Under the pieces are notes generated by a model that did not search any database, was not told the DNA's origin, and worked only from the letters and a program-made list of their open reading frames with translations. A stretch of DNA of 64,000 nt. Origin: a virus. Taxonomy: Duplodnaviria; Heunggongvirae; Uroviricota; Caudoviricetes. Every line of letters begins with the position of its first letter. Within the stretch, counting starts at the first letter, position 1. Location of the stretch: IMG/VR virus record IMGVR_UViG_3300045538_000409. The stretch is one strand, 5' to 3'. Positions 35,871 to 45,580 of the stretch are shown here, in pieces. A program made the position numbers and the translations under genes.

Positions 35871-38579
35871 ATGCAAAAATTAAATCAAACGTTTAAAATT
35901 AACCCTTTGTATGAAGCAGATGGGTATAAAGTAGCTCATCATAAAATGTTAGCTCCTGGAACTACTAAATTATATGGTACTTGGATACCTAGAAGCTTAA
36001 AGTATATGCCTAGCGGTATTGATAAGATTATGTCAGCAGGACAACAATTAGTTGTTAGACATTTACATAGTACTTTTCAAGAAAATTTCTTTGATAAAGA
36101 TTCTAATGTTGCTATACAGTTTGCAAATGATATGTCAGCTTACTTAGGCATGGATTATGATGGAACACATTTTTTAGATTTGTATAAGTTAGGTTACTTA
36201 CCAATTAGAGTTAAATCTTTACCAGAAGGTATTTTCACACAACCTAATATTCCACACATGACTTTTGTTAATACTGTTGATGGTTATGCTTGGTTAACTT
36301 TATTTTTAGAGACTTATATTTCTAAATTAGCTTGGCAAATGCCTACTGTAGCTACTATAGGTCATAAGTTTAAAGAAAATGCTAAAGCATGGGTAAATTA
36401 TACTGATAAAGAAAATTTATGGTTAGCTGATTTTATGTGTCATGATTTTCATAGTAGAGGTGGAAATCCATTTACATCAATAGCTTGTGGTTTAGGGTTT
36501 TCTTTATCAAATAAAGGTAGTGATACACTTAATATTATCCCCGCTAGTAGATATTATTACGATGAAGCTGAAGATAGTATGCCTATTTTTTCAGTTAATG
36601 CTAGTGAACATTCAGTTTCTACAACTAAAATTTTTACAGTAGGTGAGCAACAAATGATAGCAGATTGGTTAAAGTTATTTCCTACTGGTATTTTAAGTGT
36701 TGTTAGCGATACTTTTTCTCTTTGGGATTGTATTGAATACTTTAAAGAGCTTAAAGATGAAATTATGGGTAGAGATGGTAAGCTAGTGTGTAGACCAGAT
36801 TGTCTAGATGATAAATCTCAAATATTAACACCTAAAGGATGGAAATATTTTAAAGATTTAACAGAAAATGATTTAGTGGCACAAGTAAAAAAAGATGGTA
36901 TTTATGAATTTGTAAAACCTTTAAAAATAATTAACGAACCTTATGAAGGTGATATGTATGAAATAAGAGATTTTCATGGAAAAATAGATTTAGTAGTTAC
37001 TCCAAATCATAGATTGGTTTCTTATAAAAATTCAGATAATTCTATCTCTATAAAAGAAGCTTCTGATTACAAACAAAATTATTGGGAATATAAAAAATTA
37101 AGAAGTCCTAAATCTCAAAGTAAAGGTAGAGAGTTAACAGCCTATGAAAGATTTTTAATTGCCTTACAGGCTGATGGTTGTATTAAATATGTAAATAAAG
37201 ATTTAAGTACAAGAATAGAATTTAACTTTAAAAAAGAAAGAAAACACGATAGATTACTAGAAATACTTAAAAATACAGATTTAGAATATAACGTTTATTT
37301 TACTAAATCAAGACAAGGTCAATCTACATTTAGTGTGTTAATACCTTATAATAGAATGGTATCTAAAACATTTGATTGGGTAGATACTTCTAATTTAGAT
37401 AGTTTGTGGGCGGAAGAATTTATAGAAGAACTAAAATATTGGGATTCTTCTATTAGAAATGATGGTAGATTTAAGTATGATACTACAATTAAAGAAAATA
37501 TTGATGTTGTAGAACTTGTAGCAATTGCTGCGGGAAAAGGTGTTTATATTTCTGAGTCAGAAGATAATAGAAAAAAACATTTTTCTAATGTATATACTGC
37601 TCATATTTTAGATAATCCTTATGTTGGTGGACAGTCTATTACTAAAAACAAAATACATTATAAAGGAACTATACATTGTGTAAAAGTACCAACAGGTATG
37701 ATTTTAGTAAAAAGAAATCAAGGTGTTTGTGTTACTGGCAATAGTGGAGACCCTGTAGATATTATTTGTGGAGTTTCAACTAAATATCGAGATTTATCAG
37801 CATACCTTCCTGAAGGAGAAGTTTTACCTGAATATTTCGAAGAAGTTTTATTAGAAGAAGTTAGGGAAGATACCCCGCATGGAAAACGTGGTGTTAGAGA
37901 ATATGAAAATGTCTATACCGTAAGAGGTAAACTGTATAAGGCTAAAATACACAACATATCTTGGAATAGACATGATAAACAATACTATTTCATCGATATG
38001 TGGGAAAAAGCAGAAATTACAATCGAAGAATTAGAATGGAAACCTTCTGATAAAGGTGTAATAGAACTTCTTTGGGATATATTTGGCGGTACTGTAAATG
38101 AAGAAGGTTATAAAGTATTAGACCCACACATTGGGGCTATTTATGGTGACAGTATTAATCTTGAAAGACAAATTCAAATCTATGAAAGACTTGAAGCTAA
38201 AGGATTTGCTGCTAGTAATATTGTTTTAGGTGTAGGTAGCTATACTATGGTTATGCTTACGAGAGATTCAGCTGGGTATGCAGCTAAAGGTAGTTGGTTT
38301 GAAGTTAAAGAGGAAACAGGTAATTTGTTATTAACCGACCCACCACAACCCGAATACAAGGTAACATCATATAACATCTACAAAGACCCAGTAACTGATG
38401 GTGGTAGTAAAAAATCACTTAAGGGTTTGATGCAAGTTAAATTAGTAGATAATGAATATGTGGTAAATCAAGAATGCACTTGGGAACAAGAAGAAGATTC
38501 TGAATTAAAAACCATCTATGAAAATGGTGTGTTTAAAAATCAAACTACTTTAAGTGAAATTAGAAGCAGAGTTAGTTAA
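35871..38579 (+). CDS. nadV: nicotinamide phosphoribosyltransferase (NAMPT/NadV) interrupted by a 314-aa LAGLIDADG intein
   Basis: N-extein NPLYEADGYKVAHHKMLAPGTTKLY matches NAMPT [24 protein letters not shown]. C-extein GAIYGDSINL...VLGVGSYTMVMLTRD matches VIQGDGVDIN...AFGSGGGLLQKLTRD. The extein junction RPD|SGDP is the conserved active-site RPDSG. Confidence 0.85.
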   Translation: MQKLNQTFKINPLYEADGYKVAHHKMLAPGTTKLYGTWIPRSLKYMPSGIDKIMSAGQQLVVRHLHSTFQENFFDKDSNVAIQFANDMSAYLGMDYDGTHFLDLYKLGYLPIRVKSLPEGIFTQPNIPHMTFVNTVDGYAWLTLFLETYISKLAWQMPTVATIGHKFKENAKAWVNYTDKENLWLADFMCHDFHSRGGNPFTSIACGLGFSLSNKGSDTLNIIPASRYYYDEAEDSMPIFSVNASEHSVSTTKIFTVGEQQMIADWLKLFPTGILSVVSDTFSLWDCIEYFKELKDEIMGRDGKLVCRPDCLDDKSQILTPKGWKYFKDLTENDLVAQVKKDGIYEFVKPLKIINEPYEGDMYEIRDFHGKIDLVVTPNHRLVSYKNSDNSISIKEASDYKQNYWEYKKLRSPKSQSKGRELTAYERFLIALQADGCIKYVNKDLSTRIEFNFKKERKHDRLLEILKNTDLEYNVYFTKSRQGQSTFSVLIPYNRMVSKTFDWVDTSNLDSLWAEEFIEELKYWDSSIRNDGRFKYDTTIKENIDVVELVAIAAGKGVYISESEDNRKKHFSNVYTAHILDNPYVGGQSITKNKIHYKGTIHCVKVPTGMILVKRNQGVCVTGNSGDPVDIICGVSTKYRDLSAYLPEGEVLPEYFEEVLLEEVREDTPHGKRGVREYENVYTVRGKLYKAKIHNISWNRHDKQYYFIDMWEKAEITIEELEWKPSDKGVIELLWDIFGGTVNEEGYKVLDPHIGAIYGDSINLERQIQIYERLEAKGFAASNIVLGVGSYTMVMLTRDSAGYAAKGSWFEVKEETGNLLLTDPPQPEYKVTSYNIYKDPVTDGGSKKSLKGLMQVKLVDNEYVVNQECTWEQEEDSELKTIYENGVFKNQTTLSEIRSRVS
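36801..37742 (+). mobile_element. intein with LAGLIDADG homing-endonuclease domain inserted in nadV
   Basis: Begins with Cys1 (CLDDKSQ), has block B TPNH, LAGLIDADG-like LIALQADGC, and ends ...VCVTGN followed by Ser+1. Removing it restores the contiguous NAMPT motif RPD-SGDP. Confidence 0.75.
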
Positions 38580-38583
38580 ATAT

Positions 38584-38973
38584 ATGAGATTCATATTAAT
38601 ATTATTTATATCCTTAACCCTACAACAAGATAAGTTAGTAGGGTTTTGGATTATATCCACAAATGATTTAATAATTGAATGTTATGAGAAAAACGATAAA
38701 TATTATGGAAAAATACATTGGTTTAAAGACAATAATCCAGACAAGAAAAAATATTCAGAGAACGGTGTAATTAAATCAAAGTGGAATGGGTTTGTAGTCA
38801 TGTCAGACTTCACTTATATTGGTGATAGATTATCTGGTAAGATATATGACGTTAAAAATGGTCAAGAATATGACGCTTACATTGAAATAAATGGTGATAG
38901 GATAAAAGTAATTACTTATGTTTTTTTACCTATATTTGGTAAAGAAATGGAATTTAGAAGATATAAAAAATAA
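38584..38973 (+). CDS. hypothetical secreted protein
   Basis: Track ORF 38554..38973. The internal start MRFILILF gives a signal peptide and avoids overlap with nadV. Confidence 0.4.
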   Translation: MRFILILFISLTLQQDKLVGFWIISTNDLIIECYEKNDKYYGKIHWFKDNNPDKKKYSENGVIKSKWNGFVVMSDFTYIGDRLSGKIYDVKNGQEYDAYIEINGDRIKVITYVFLPIFGKEMEFRRYKK

Positions 38974-38979
38974 AAAAAA

Positions 38980-40095
38980 ATGGAACTAAACATCGTTAAA
39001 CATATAAAAAAATATGGTCTAGAAAAGGCCATTATTGATTTTGATTTAATATGCAAGGAGAATGGCAATCTTATATTACTTAAATACAATCAAATATCCT
39101 CTCCAATGGACAAAATAGAGGTTCAAGAATCTAGAGGTTTAATATTAGAAAAAGGTACATATAAGGTTATTTCAATGGCCTTTATGAAATTTTTCAATCA
39201 TGGTGAAACTAACGCAGCAAATATTGACTGGGACTCAGCGCATGTTTTAGATAAATTAGATGGGTCGCTACTTTCTTTATATCATTATAATGACACTTGG
39301 AATGTTTGTACAACAGGAACCATTAATGGTGAAGGTGAAGTTAATAATAAATATGGAACTACATTTAGAGATTTGTTTTGGGGTACAATAAATAGTAAAT
39401 ATAATTTCAATATTAATAAATTAAATAGTGACTATATATATGCTTTTGAATTAACGACACCTTATAATATTGTTGTTAAACCACATAGTGAATCATCCGC
39501 AACACTTCTTACAATTAGAAATAGAGAAAATCTTAAAGAAATACCTTATAATGAGTTAATTCCAGTTGCCAATGAATTAGGTGTACCTTTAGTTAAAAGG
39601 TATGATTTTAACATTAAAAATGTTGATGTTTTAATTAAGACTTTTGAAAATATGCCATGGTCAGAGGAAGGTTATATTGTTTTAGATGGTAACTTTAGTA
39701 GAATTAAGATAAAAAATCCAGCATATGTTGCGGTTCATTTATTAAAAAATAGAACATCAGAACATTCAATAATGGAAATTGTTAAGTCTAATGAAATTGA
39801 AGAGTTTGCATCAACATTTATAGAGAGAAGAGAAGAGATTTATAATCTTCATAAAAACTATAATGAATTAATTAATAAATTAGAAAATATATGGAAATTG
39901 CTTGAACCATTAAAACCAAAAGACATATCTCCAGAAGAAAAAAAGAGGTATGCTATGGAAGTCTTTAGAGTATGTGAAGAAAATGATATTAAGATGTTTA
40001 CAGGACTTTATTTTGGTTTAAACGATGGTAAAATTGAATCTATTGGTGAATATATGATGAATTATGATAATAAAAGATTATATCAAATTTTATGA
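38980..40095 (+). CDS. ATP-dependent RNA ligase (Rnl family)
   Basis: Nucleotidyltransferase motif I KLDGS, motif IV EGYIVLDG and motif V RIKIKNPAY. Confidence 0.75.
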   Translation: MELNIVKHIKKYGLEKAIIDFDLICKENGNLILLKYNQISSPMDKIEVQESRGLILEKGTYKVISMAFMKFFNHGETNAANIDWDSAHVLDKLDGSLLSLYHYNDTWNVCTTGTINGEGEVNNKYGTTFRDLFWGTINSKYNFNINKLNSDYIYAFELTTPYNIVVKPHSESSATLLTIRNRENLKEIPYNELIPVANELGVPLVKRYDFNIKNVDVLIKTFENMPWSEEGYIVLDGNFSRIKIKNPAYVAVHLLKNRTSEHSIMEIVKSNEIEEFASTFIERREEIYNLHKNYNELINKLENIWKLLEPLKPKDISPEEKKRYAMEVFRVCEENDIKMFTGLYFGLNDGKIESIGEYMMNYDNKRLYQIL

Positions 40096-40916
40096 ACCAA
40101 ATATATAAAATTTTCAAACAATATAAATATAAATTATTATTAATTTATTTATTTATGTTAGTAACTGAGTTAGCTATAGTTACACAACCATATTTACTTG
40201 GTAAAAGTATTGATGGTTTAATATCTGGAGATACATCGTGGACCTTATTACTCTTTATCTCATTTGTAACATCTCAATTTTTTATGTATAAAAGAATGGT
40301 ATATGATACTAAGATATATAAAAAAATATATAATGATATTGTTATTGATTTCTTGAAAAAATCAAAAGATGATTATTCAATAAAAATAGCAAGAACTGAT
40401 ATGGCTAATGATATTGTTGGTGTGCTAGAAGGATATGTTCATTATTATATATCAATTATAATTACTATTGTAGGTTCAATAGGTTTTATATACTTAGAAA
40501 ATTGGAGAGTAGGTTTATTAGTTACTACATCATTTATATTCATAGTCCTAAGTGTTTTATTGTTCTATAAGAAAATAAGACAAAGTATTAACATTAGAAA
40601 TAATAATTATGAAAATAAAGTTAAGGCTATACAATCAGGTTACGAAAAATCAGTATCCTTCTTACATCGACAACGCAAAATAGAAATTATTGAATCAAAC
40701 CTACAAGGTAAAAACTGGTTCTCCGTTGGTATAATAAAATCTATATTTTTAATATTATCTATTATAACACTAATTTTTACTAGTGAAAATGTTACAGCAG
40801 GTAGTGTAATTACAATATATACATATATTAATAATTTCTTAATATCACTAATGTCCATACCAGTAGCATTTGAAATGTACTCAAGATTAAGTGATATAAT
40901 TAAAAGACTTTGTTAG
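40092..40916 (+). CDS. polytopic membrane protein
   Basis: 274-aa ORF with about 6 TM helices. Confidence 0.45.
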   Translation: MNQIYKIFKQYKYKLLLIYLFMLVTELAIVTQPYLLGKSIDGLISGDTSWTLLLFISFVTSQFFMYKRMVYDTKIYKKIYNDIVIDFLKKSKDDYSIKIARTDMANDIVGVLEGYVHYYISIIITIVGSIGFIYLENWRVGLLVTTSFIFIVLSVLLFYKKIRQSINIRNNNYENKVKAIQSGYEKSVSFLHRQRKIEIIESNLQGKNWFSVGIIKSIFLILSIITLIFTSENVTAGSVITIYTYINNFLISLMSIPVAFEMYSRLSDIIKRLC

Positions 40917-41652
40917 TGTTAAACATCTCTTTACCTAATAAACCTTCTCTGTACATTCTGCGTTTAAGATTTTTAATCCAATTATTTCTTTCACTGTACG
41001 GTAGTTCATTGTAAATAACGTATAATGTTGGGGACATATGGATTAATTCGTCAAATGATAATAAATCCCACAAGTCCTCATTTTTCCGTTTTAACTGTAT
41101 AATGTTATGTATTTGTGCTTGTAATTCTAAATGATGTGTATTTATATGTTTAATTGGTTTAGACATATTGAAAAATTTTTCAATATGTCTATTATGAAAT
41201 GAATCATCTAACCAATGTGCTAATTCATGATGAATACTACCTTTAATTTTTTCCTCAGTGAATTCCTGCATAAAGCTTTTACCTAGAGAAACTGGTAAGT
41301 TTTCTTTTGCTTGTTTTAAATTTCCATTATAATCAAAGGCGTAGTTAAAAGCATTAAAATTAATTGATATTGATATTAATTGTTCAGACGGTCTATAAAA
41401 ATTATTACCATAATTTATTTTTATTTTACAAGGGTTAATTTTATTTGCCTTTAAAGTCAATTCATCAGTAAATACATCGGTGGTTGATATATACTGTTTA
41501 AACATATCTTTTCTAACAAACCCAGTGCTATTAATTTCATTAATATTGTTTTTGAAATATGCGTCATAAATATAATCTACGTCATGATTAATATTCATAA
41601 CCTTTTCTGTTAAAAGTGATTCCCTAACTAATTTTTTAATTAATGATTTCAT
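40900..41652 (-). CDS. zincin-like metallopeptidase-motif protein (HExxH) with CTS-like N-terminus (minus strand)
   Basis: Minus-strand ORF MKSLIKKLVRESL...SIHHELAHWLDD, with an HExxH motif. Confidence 0.5.
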   Translation of the reverse strand: MKSLIKKLVRESLLTEKVMNINHDVDYIYDAYFKNNINEINSTGFVRKDMFKQYISTTDVFTDELTLKANKINPCKIKINYGNNFYRPSEQLISISINFNAFNYAFDYNGNLKQAKENLPVSLGKSFMQEFTEEKIKGSIHHELAHWLDDSFHNRHIEKFFNMSKPIKHINTHHLELQAQIHNIIQLKRKNEDLWDLLSFDELIHMSPTLYVIYNELPYSERNNWIKNLKRRMYREGLLGKEMFNTNKVF

Positions 41653-41690
41653 TCTTTTTATTTATAAATATTTGTTTTTTGTAATAAAAT

Positions 41691-41701
41691 TAGTATATTT
41701 G
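41691..41701 (+). promoter_or_regulatory. promoter motif TAGTATATTTG
   Basis: Exact recurrent 11-mer, in the divergent region between the minus gene 40900..41652 and the + gene at 41717. Confidence 0.45.
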
Positions 41702-41716
41702 TGAAAAATATAAATT

Positions 41717-41947
41717 ATGGCAAACGCAAAAATTAGTAATAAGGTATTCAGACTAAAGAGAGCTGGAACATTTAATTTACCAGGTATACCTGACCCAGTT
41801 ACATTTGATAATGGAGAAGAATTTCACATAATTGGAGATGTTCTTTATATGAAAGGATTTCTAGTACCAGGTAATTTACAACATCCAATAATTAATTGGA
41901 TTGTAAATAATAAAATATTATTTGTTGAAGACACAAGGAACTTTTAA
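41717..41947 (+). CDS. hypothetical protein
   Basis: 76-aa ORF downstream of a promoter motif. Confidence 0.4.
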   Translation: MANAKISNKVFRLKRAGTFNLPGIPDPVTFDNGEEFHIIGDVLYMKGFLVPGNLQHPIINWIVNNKILFVEDTRNF

Positions 41948-41955
41948 AAATAACC

Positions 41956-42237
41956 ATGATGGAGAAAAAAATAAAAACGTTTGAAGATAAATTGACCATT
42001 GCTTCAATTAAAGAAAAGGAAATTAATTTTAAAACAAAAATTCCTAGTGAAATTAAACAAGGTGAGATTGAGAAGACGATTGACTCAATAAACACTTTAC
42101 GTTATTTATTGGAAGGTTACACGTTTGATGCTGATACTACTATTTTGAATAGTGAACCAAAATATAAAACAATATTAACGGAGGAAGAAACTTATGTTGT
42201 AAAAGAAAAGTTATTTGAATTAATAAAAAAATTATAA
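41956..42237 (+). CDS. hypothetical protein
   Basis: 93-aa ORF. Confidence 0.4.
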   Translation: MMEKKIKTFEDKLTIASIKEKEINFKTKIPSEIKQGEIEKTIDSINTLRYLLEGYTFDADTTILNSEPKYKTILTEEETYVVKEKLFELIKKL

Positions 42238-42242
42238 TAAAT

Positions 42243-42986
42243 ATGGAAGAAATTAAGAAAACTGGTTATGAATGGTCACTTGAATCTAACCATAGGTTAT
42301 TAGACTTACACAATTTTAGAATAGGTTATAATAAACCTAGTATATCTGGTGAAGTTGCATATTTCGAAAAAGAAATATGTAAAAGTGAATATTTAACAGC
42401 TATAGAAAATCTAGATATAAAAGAAAAGTCCACACCAAGAAAGACTAATAATTATCTTGAATGGCGTATGTATGGATTCGTACCGTATAATATTAGCTCT
42501 ATACAATCAGGAATTCAGTTTGGACATGGAGTGGTTGAATACGGTCAAAATATTTCAGGTTTAGGTAAAATTGAAGATAATTACAATAATTGGGCTAGGA
42601 GAGATAAAACATTTATTATTCTTAACGGTGGTACAACTAACGAAAATAAGAATAATAAATTCTACGGGACCATGCAACAATATAGAGATTTATTATTGGA
42701 AAATGAAATATTAATTGCTCAATTTCATGAACCAGATTTAAATAATGCTTTAACCTCAATTTGTTTCCTAGTGGATGAGAGGGTTTGGAACAGAACACTA
42801 TATCCTGATTATGTTAATATCCCATTTCCTTGGAATGGTAGAAGAAACTATGACCCATCAGAAAGGGAAATAGAAAGGTGGAAAGAAGATAATGAAAAAC
42901 ATAAAGAAGCTTGGATTGATAAAATTGGCGGGATAAAGAATGCATTTTTACGTGATTTCTTACGTGATAAAAAATTAGCTAATTAA
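42243..42986 (+). CDS. hypothetical protein
   Basis: 247-aa ORF. Confidence 0.45.
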   Translation: MEEIKKTGYEWSLESNHRLLDLHNFRIGYNKPSISGEVAYFEKEICKSEYLTAIENLDIKEKSTPRKTNNYLEWRMYGFVPYNISSIQSGIQFGHGVVEYGQNISGLGKIEDNYNNWARRDKTFIILNGGTTNENKNNKFYGTMQQYRDLLLENEILIAQFHEPDLNNALTSICFLVDERVWNRTLYPDYVNIPFPWNGRRNYDPSEREIERWKEDNEKHKEAWIDKIGGIKNAFLRDFLRDKKLAN

Positions 42987-43030
42987 AATAAAATTTGGTT
43001 AATTAAATAATTATTCTTAATTTTGTTATT

Positions 43031-43585
43031 ATGGAAAACAAGATAGTAGTAAGAGGCAAGATAATATTTGACCCTATAGATGTAACAAAAAAACATAATA
43101 AACAATCTAGCTGGAAGAAAGTTGCAATGATTCTTATTGGTGGTGAGATATCCGAATACTATGCTTGGTTTATTAAGAAGAGATATAATATTAATTTAAC
43201 ACCACCACTTAGAAGTTCACATGTAACTATAATCAACGATAGAGAAAGTGACACAAATGGTAAATGGAAAAAAGTTAAGAATAAGTGGCATGGTAAATAC
43301 ATTGATGTAGTATTAAGTGTTGACCCCAGAACAGATTCTGATGACCCAAAAAGTGATTGTCATTGGTGGCTTAATGTGCCAGAAGAAGACAGAACTGAAA
43401 TACAAGCAATAAGGGCGGAATTAGGTCTTTGTAGACCATTTTATAGTCTTCACATGAGTATAGGTAGAGCTGTTGATATGGTTAATGACAACAACTTTAT
43501 CCCAGGTGTTGAGAAGGCCAAAGAAATGAATATCGAACAAAGTAAATACATACATAGGCTTATTAAAAACAATCTTATAAAATGA
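43031..43585 (+). CDS. 2H phosphoesterase superfamily protein (LigT / 2'-5' RNA ligase-like)
   Basis: Two H-x-(T/S)-x motifs about 88 aa apart (SSHVTII, SLHMSIG). The 184-aa size is typical of LigT. Confidence 0.55.
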   Translation: MENKIVVRGKIIFDPIDVTKKHNKQSSWKKVAMILIGGEISEYYAWFIKKRYNINLTPPLRSSHVTIINDRESDTNGKWKKVKNKWHGKYIDVVLSVDPRTDSDDPKSDCHWWLNVPEEDRTEIQAIRAELGLCRPFYSLHMSIGRAVDMVNDNNFIPGVEKAKEMNIEQSKYIHRLIKNNLIK

Positions 43586-43818
43586 AAGTAATAGTTGAAT
43601 TAGAAAAGGAAGACTTTGATGTGCTACATGATGTGGTACTTGGGATAACTGGTTATGGTTATTCTGATAAAGAATTACAAACAGTTTGGAATAATCTACC
43701 TGAAGATATTAAAGGTATTGCTATTCAATGGGGCACTAACGACACGGTATTTAGAGATAAAATGTACGAACACTTAGATGAAAAATTAACAATTAAATCC
43801 AACATTACCAATAGTTAG
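43582..43818 (+). CDS. hypothetical protein
   Basis: 78-aa ORF. Confidence 0.4.
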   Translation: MKVIVELEKEDFDVLHDVVLGITGYGYSDKELQTVWNNLPEDIKGIAIQWGTNDTVFRDKMYEHLDEKLTIKSNITNS

Positions 43819-43981
43819 AGTTTCAGACAATATTAAATGTTTTGCGTTTCTAATTATTGATTACTCGCAAGAACACGATTTATTATTCACATGTGCAATG
43901 GATGACGGTGAAATATGGACACTTAAAAACAGTGAAATAAGAGTGGTACAAAATATAAGTTTAGGTAGAAAATAAAATAAA

Positions 43982-45157
43982 ATGAAACAGATAACACATG
44001 AATATTTAGTAGAAAATAATCTTATATTATTTGAAGTTATAGTTGGTAGTCAAGCACACGGGACTAGTTTACCTACTAGTGACGAAGACCGAAAATTCGT
44101 ATATATTTTACCAGAAGAATTTATTTTGGGTAATAAATATGTTGAACAAATTGATATCAACAAGGACTATACTGGCTGGGAGATAAGAAGATTCTTAGAG
44201 TTGTTAGAGTCTAATAATCCTACCGTATTTGAAATTTTGTATAGTCCAGAGGATTGTATAATTACAAAACATCCATTATTTGATATATTAATAAATAATA
44301 GAGATAAGTTTATCACTAAGATTTGTAAAAACTCATTTGGCGGATATGCACGCCAACAGATTACTAAGGCGAAGGCGCTTAATAAAAAACAGAACTGGGA
44401 AAAAGAAAAAATAACTCGTAAAGATGTCTTAGATTTTTGTTACGTAATCGAAGGTAATAAGACTACCCCATGGAGATTATGGAATGAAGCTAATCACTAC
44501 GATGAAAAATTTATTGGTGTGGTAAACACACCGAACGCTAGGGATATTTATGCGGTTTATTTTGATGTTGACGCTAACAATTGCTTCAGCGAGAAAATGC
44601 CAGAAGAGCTAAGAGAGGCAGCTAAAAAATGGAGAAAAGAAAGTGGTGCATCAATGGGGTTTGGCTATAAAGGGCTTGTAAAGAGTGGTGAGGGTAATAA
44701 TATTACTGAATCAAACCAATTAAGACTATCTAGTATTCCTAAAGGTGAAAAACCTATTGCAGTTATTTCTTATAATAAGGATGGTTACACTCAGCATTGT
44801 AAGGATTATAGAGAATACCAAGAATGGCTTGAAAAACGTAATGAAACTAGATATGTTGAAACTAAAACACATGGTCAACAAATAGACGGTAAAAATATGT
44901 TACACTGTGTTAGACTTATTAATATGGCAACAGAAATAGCTGAAGGTAAAGGTGTTCAAGTCCGCAGACCAGATAGAGAATACTTATTATCTATCAGAAG
45001 GGGTGAAGTACCCTTAGAAGAACTTATTGATTTAGCTAATGAAAAAATTAACAAGTTAGATGAGTTATTTGATAAATCAAACCTACCTGATAAAGTTGAA
45101 GATGGTTTAGTACATAAATTGTTAGTTGATATTAGAAAAAACTTCTATAATCGATAA
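43982..45157 (+). CDS. putative nucleotidyltransferase (Pol-beta-like fold)
   Basis: N-terminal VGSQAHGTSLPTSDEDRKFVYI matches the GS...DxD motif. The 391-aa specific family is not resolved. Confidence 0.5.
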   Translation: MKQITHEYLVENNLILFEVIVGSQAHGTSLPTSDEDRKFVYILPEEFILGNKYVEQIDINKDYTGWEIRRFLELLESNNPTVFEILYSPEDCIITKHPLFDILINNRDKFITKICKNSFGGYARQQITKAKALNKKQNWEKEKITRKDVLDFCYVIEGNKTTPWRLWNEANHYDEKFIGVVNTPNARDIYAVYFDVDANNCFSEKMPEELREAAKKWRKESGASMGFGYKGLVKSGEGNNITESNQLRLSSIPKGEKPIAVISYNKDGYTQHCKDYREYQEWLEKRNETRYVETKTHGQQIDGKNMLHCVRLINMATEIAEGKGVQVRRPDREYLLSIRRGEVPLEELIDLANEKINKLDELFDKSNLPDKVEDGLVHKLLVDIRKNFYNR

Positions 45158-45158
45158 C

Positions 45159-45482
45159 TTATTTAAAGAAGTGGTTGTTTTCTTTCATGAATATGATAGT
45201 AGCTTCCACTTCTTTACAATGCTTAATGAAATTAATAACACATTCGTTTGGTAAATCGAACCACTCGGTACCACCTTCATTAACTTTATATTTATTAAAT
45301 CTACGGTGCAACCAAATTTCAATTTCCTTGTAATGTTCAGATTCAAATTTATTAACCAAATGTATGTCATTAGAGTTCCCAGTTCTCAACTCTGATATTC
45401 TTGAAGTTAAATTCCTTTTCGTTACACCTATCTTAAATCTAGAATTATCTGATAATTCACATAATAAATATACAATCCCCAT
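45159..45482 (-). CDS. GIY-YIG / T5orf172-domain protein (freestanding homing-endonuclease-like), minus strand
   Basis: MGIVYLLCE...RFKIGVTKRNLTSRISEL matches the GIY...YIG/T5orf172 motif (GxVYLL...KIGxT...R...L). Lone minus-strand gene between + strand genes. Confidence 0.55.
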   Translation of the reverse strand: MGIVYLLCELSDNSRFKIGVTKRNLTSRISELRTGNSNDIHLVNKFESEHYKEIEIWLHRRFNKYKVNEGGTEWFDLPNECVINFIKHCKEVEATIIFMKENNHFFK

Positions 45483-45580
45483 ATAGATATATATAATTTT
45501 TTTATAAAAAAAGTAAATATTATTTGATTATATCATTTATTATTGTTACCTTTGATTATATTAATTTAAAAAATAAAATT

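Noticed and set aside
37743-38050. Second (mini-)intein in the extra ~70-90 aa after SGDPVDII in NAMPT
   Set aside because: The segment starts with Cys, but the only HN dipeptide (KIHN) is followed by Ile, not a nucleophile, and it is too short for a splicing domain. More likely an inserted loop or domain.
38554-38583. First ATG of track ORF 38554..38973
   Set aside because: Overlaps the end of nadV by 26 nt. The downstream Met (38584) yields a clean signal peptide.
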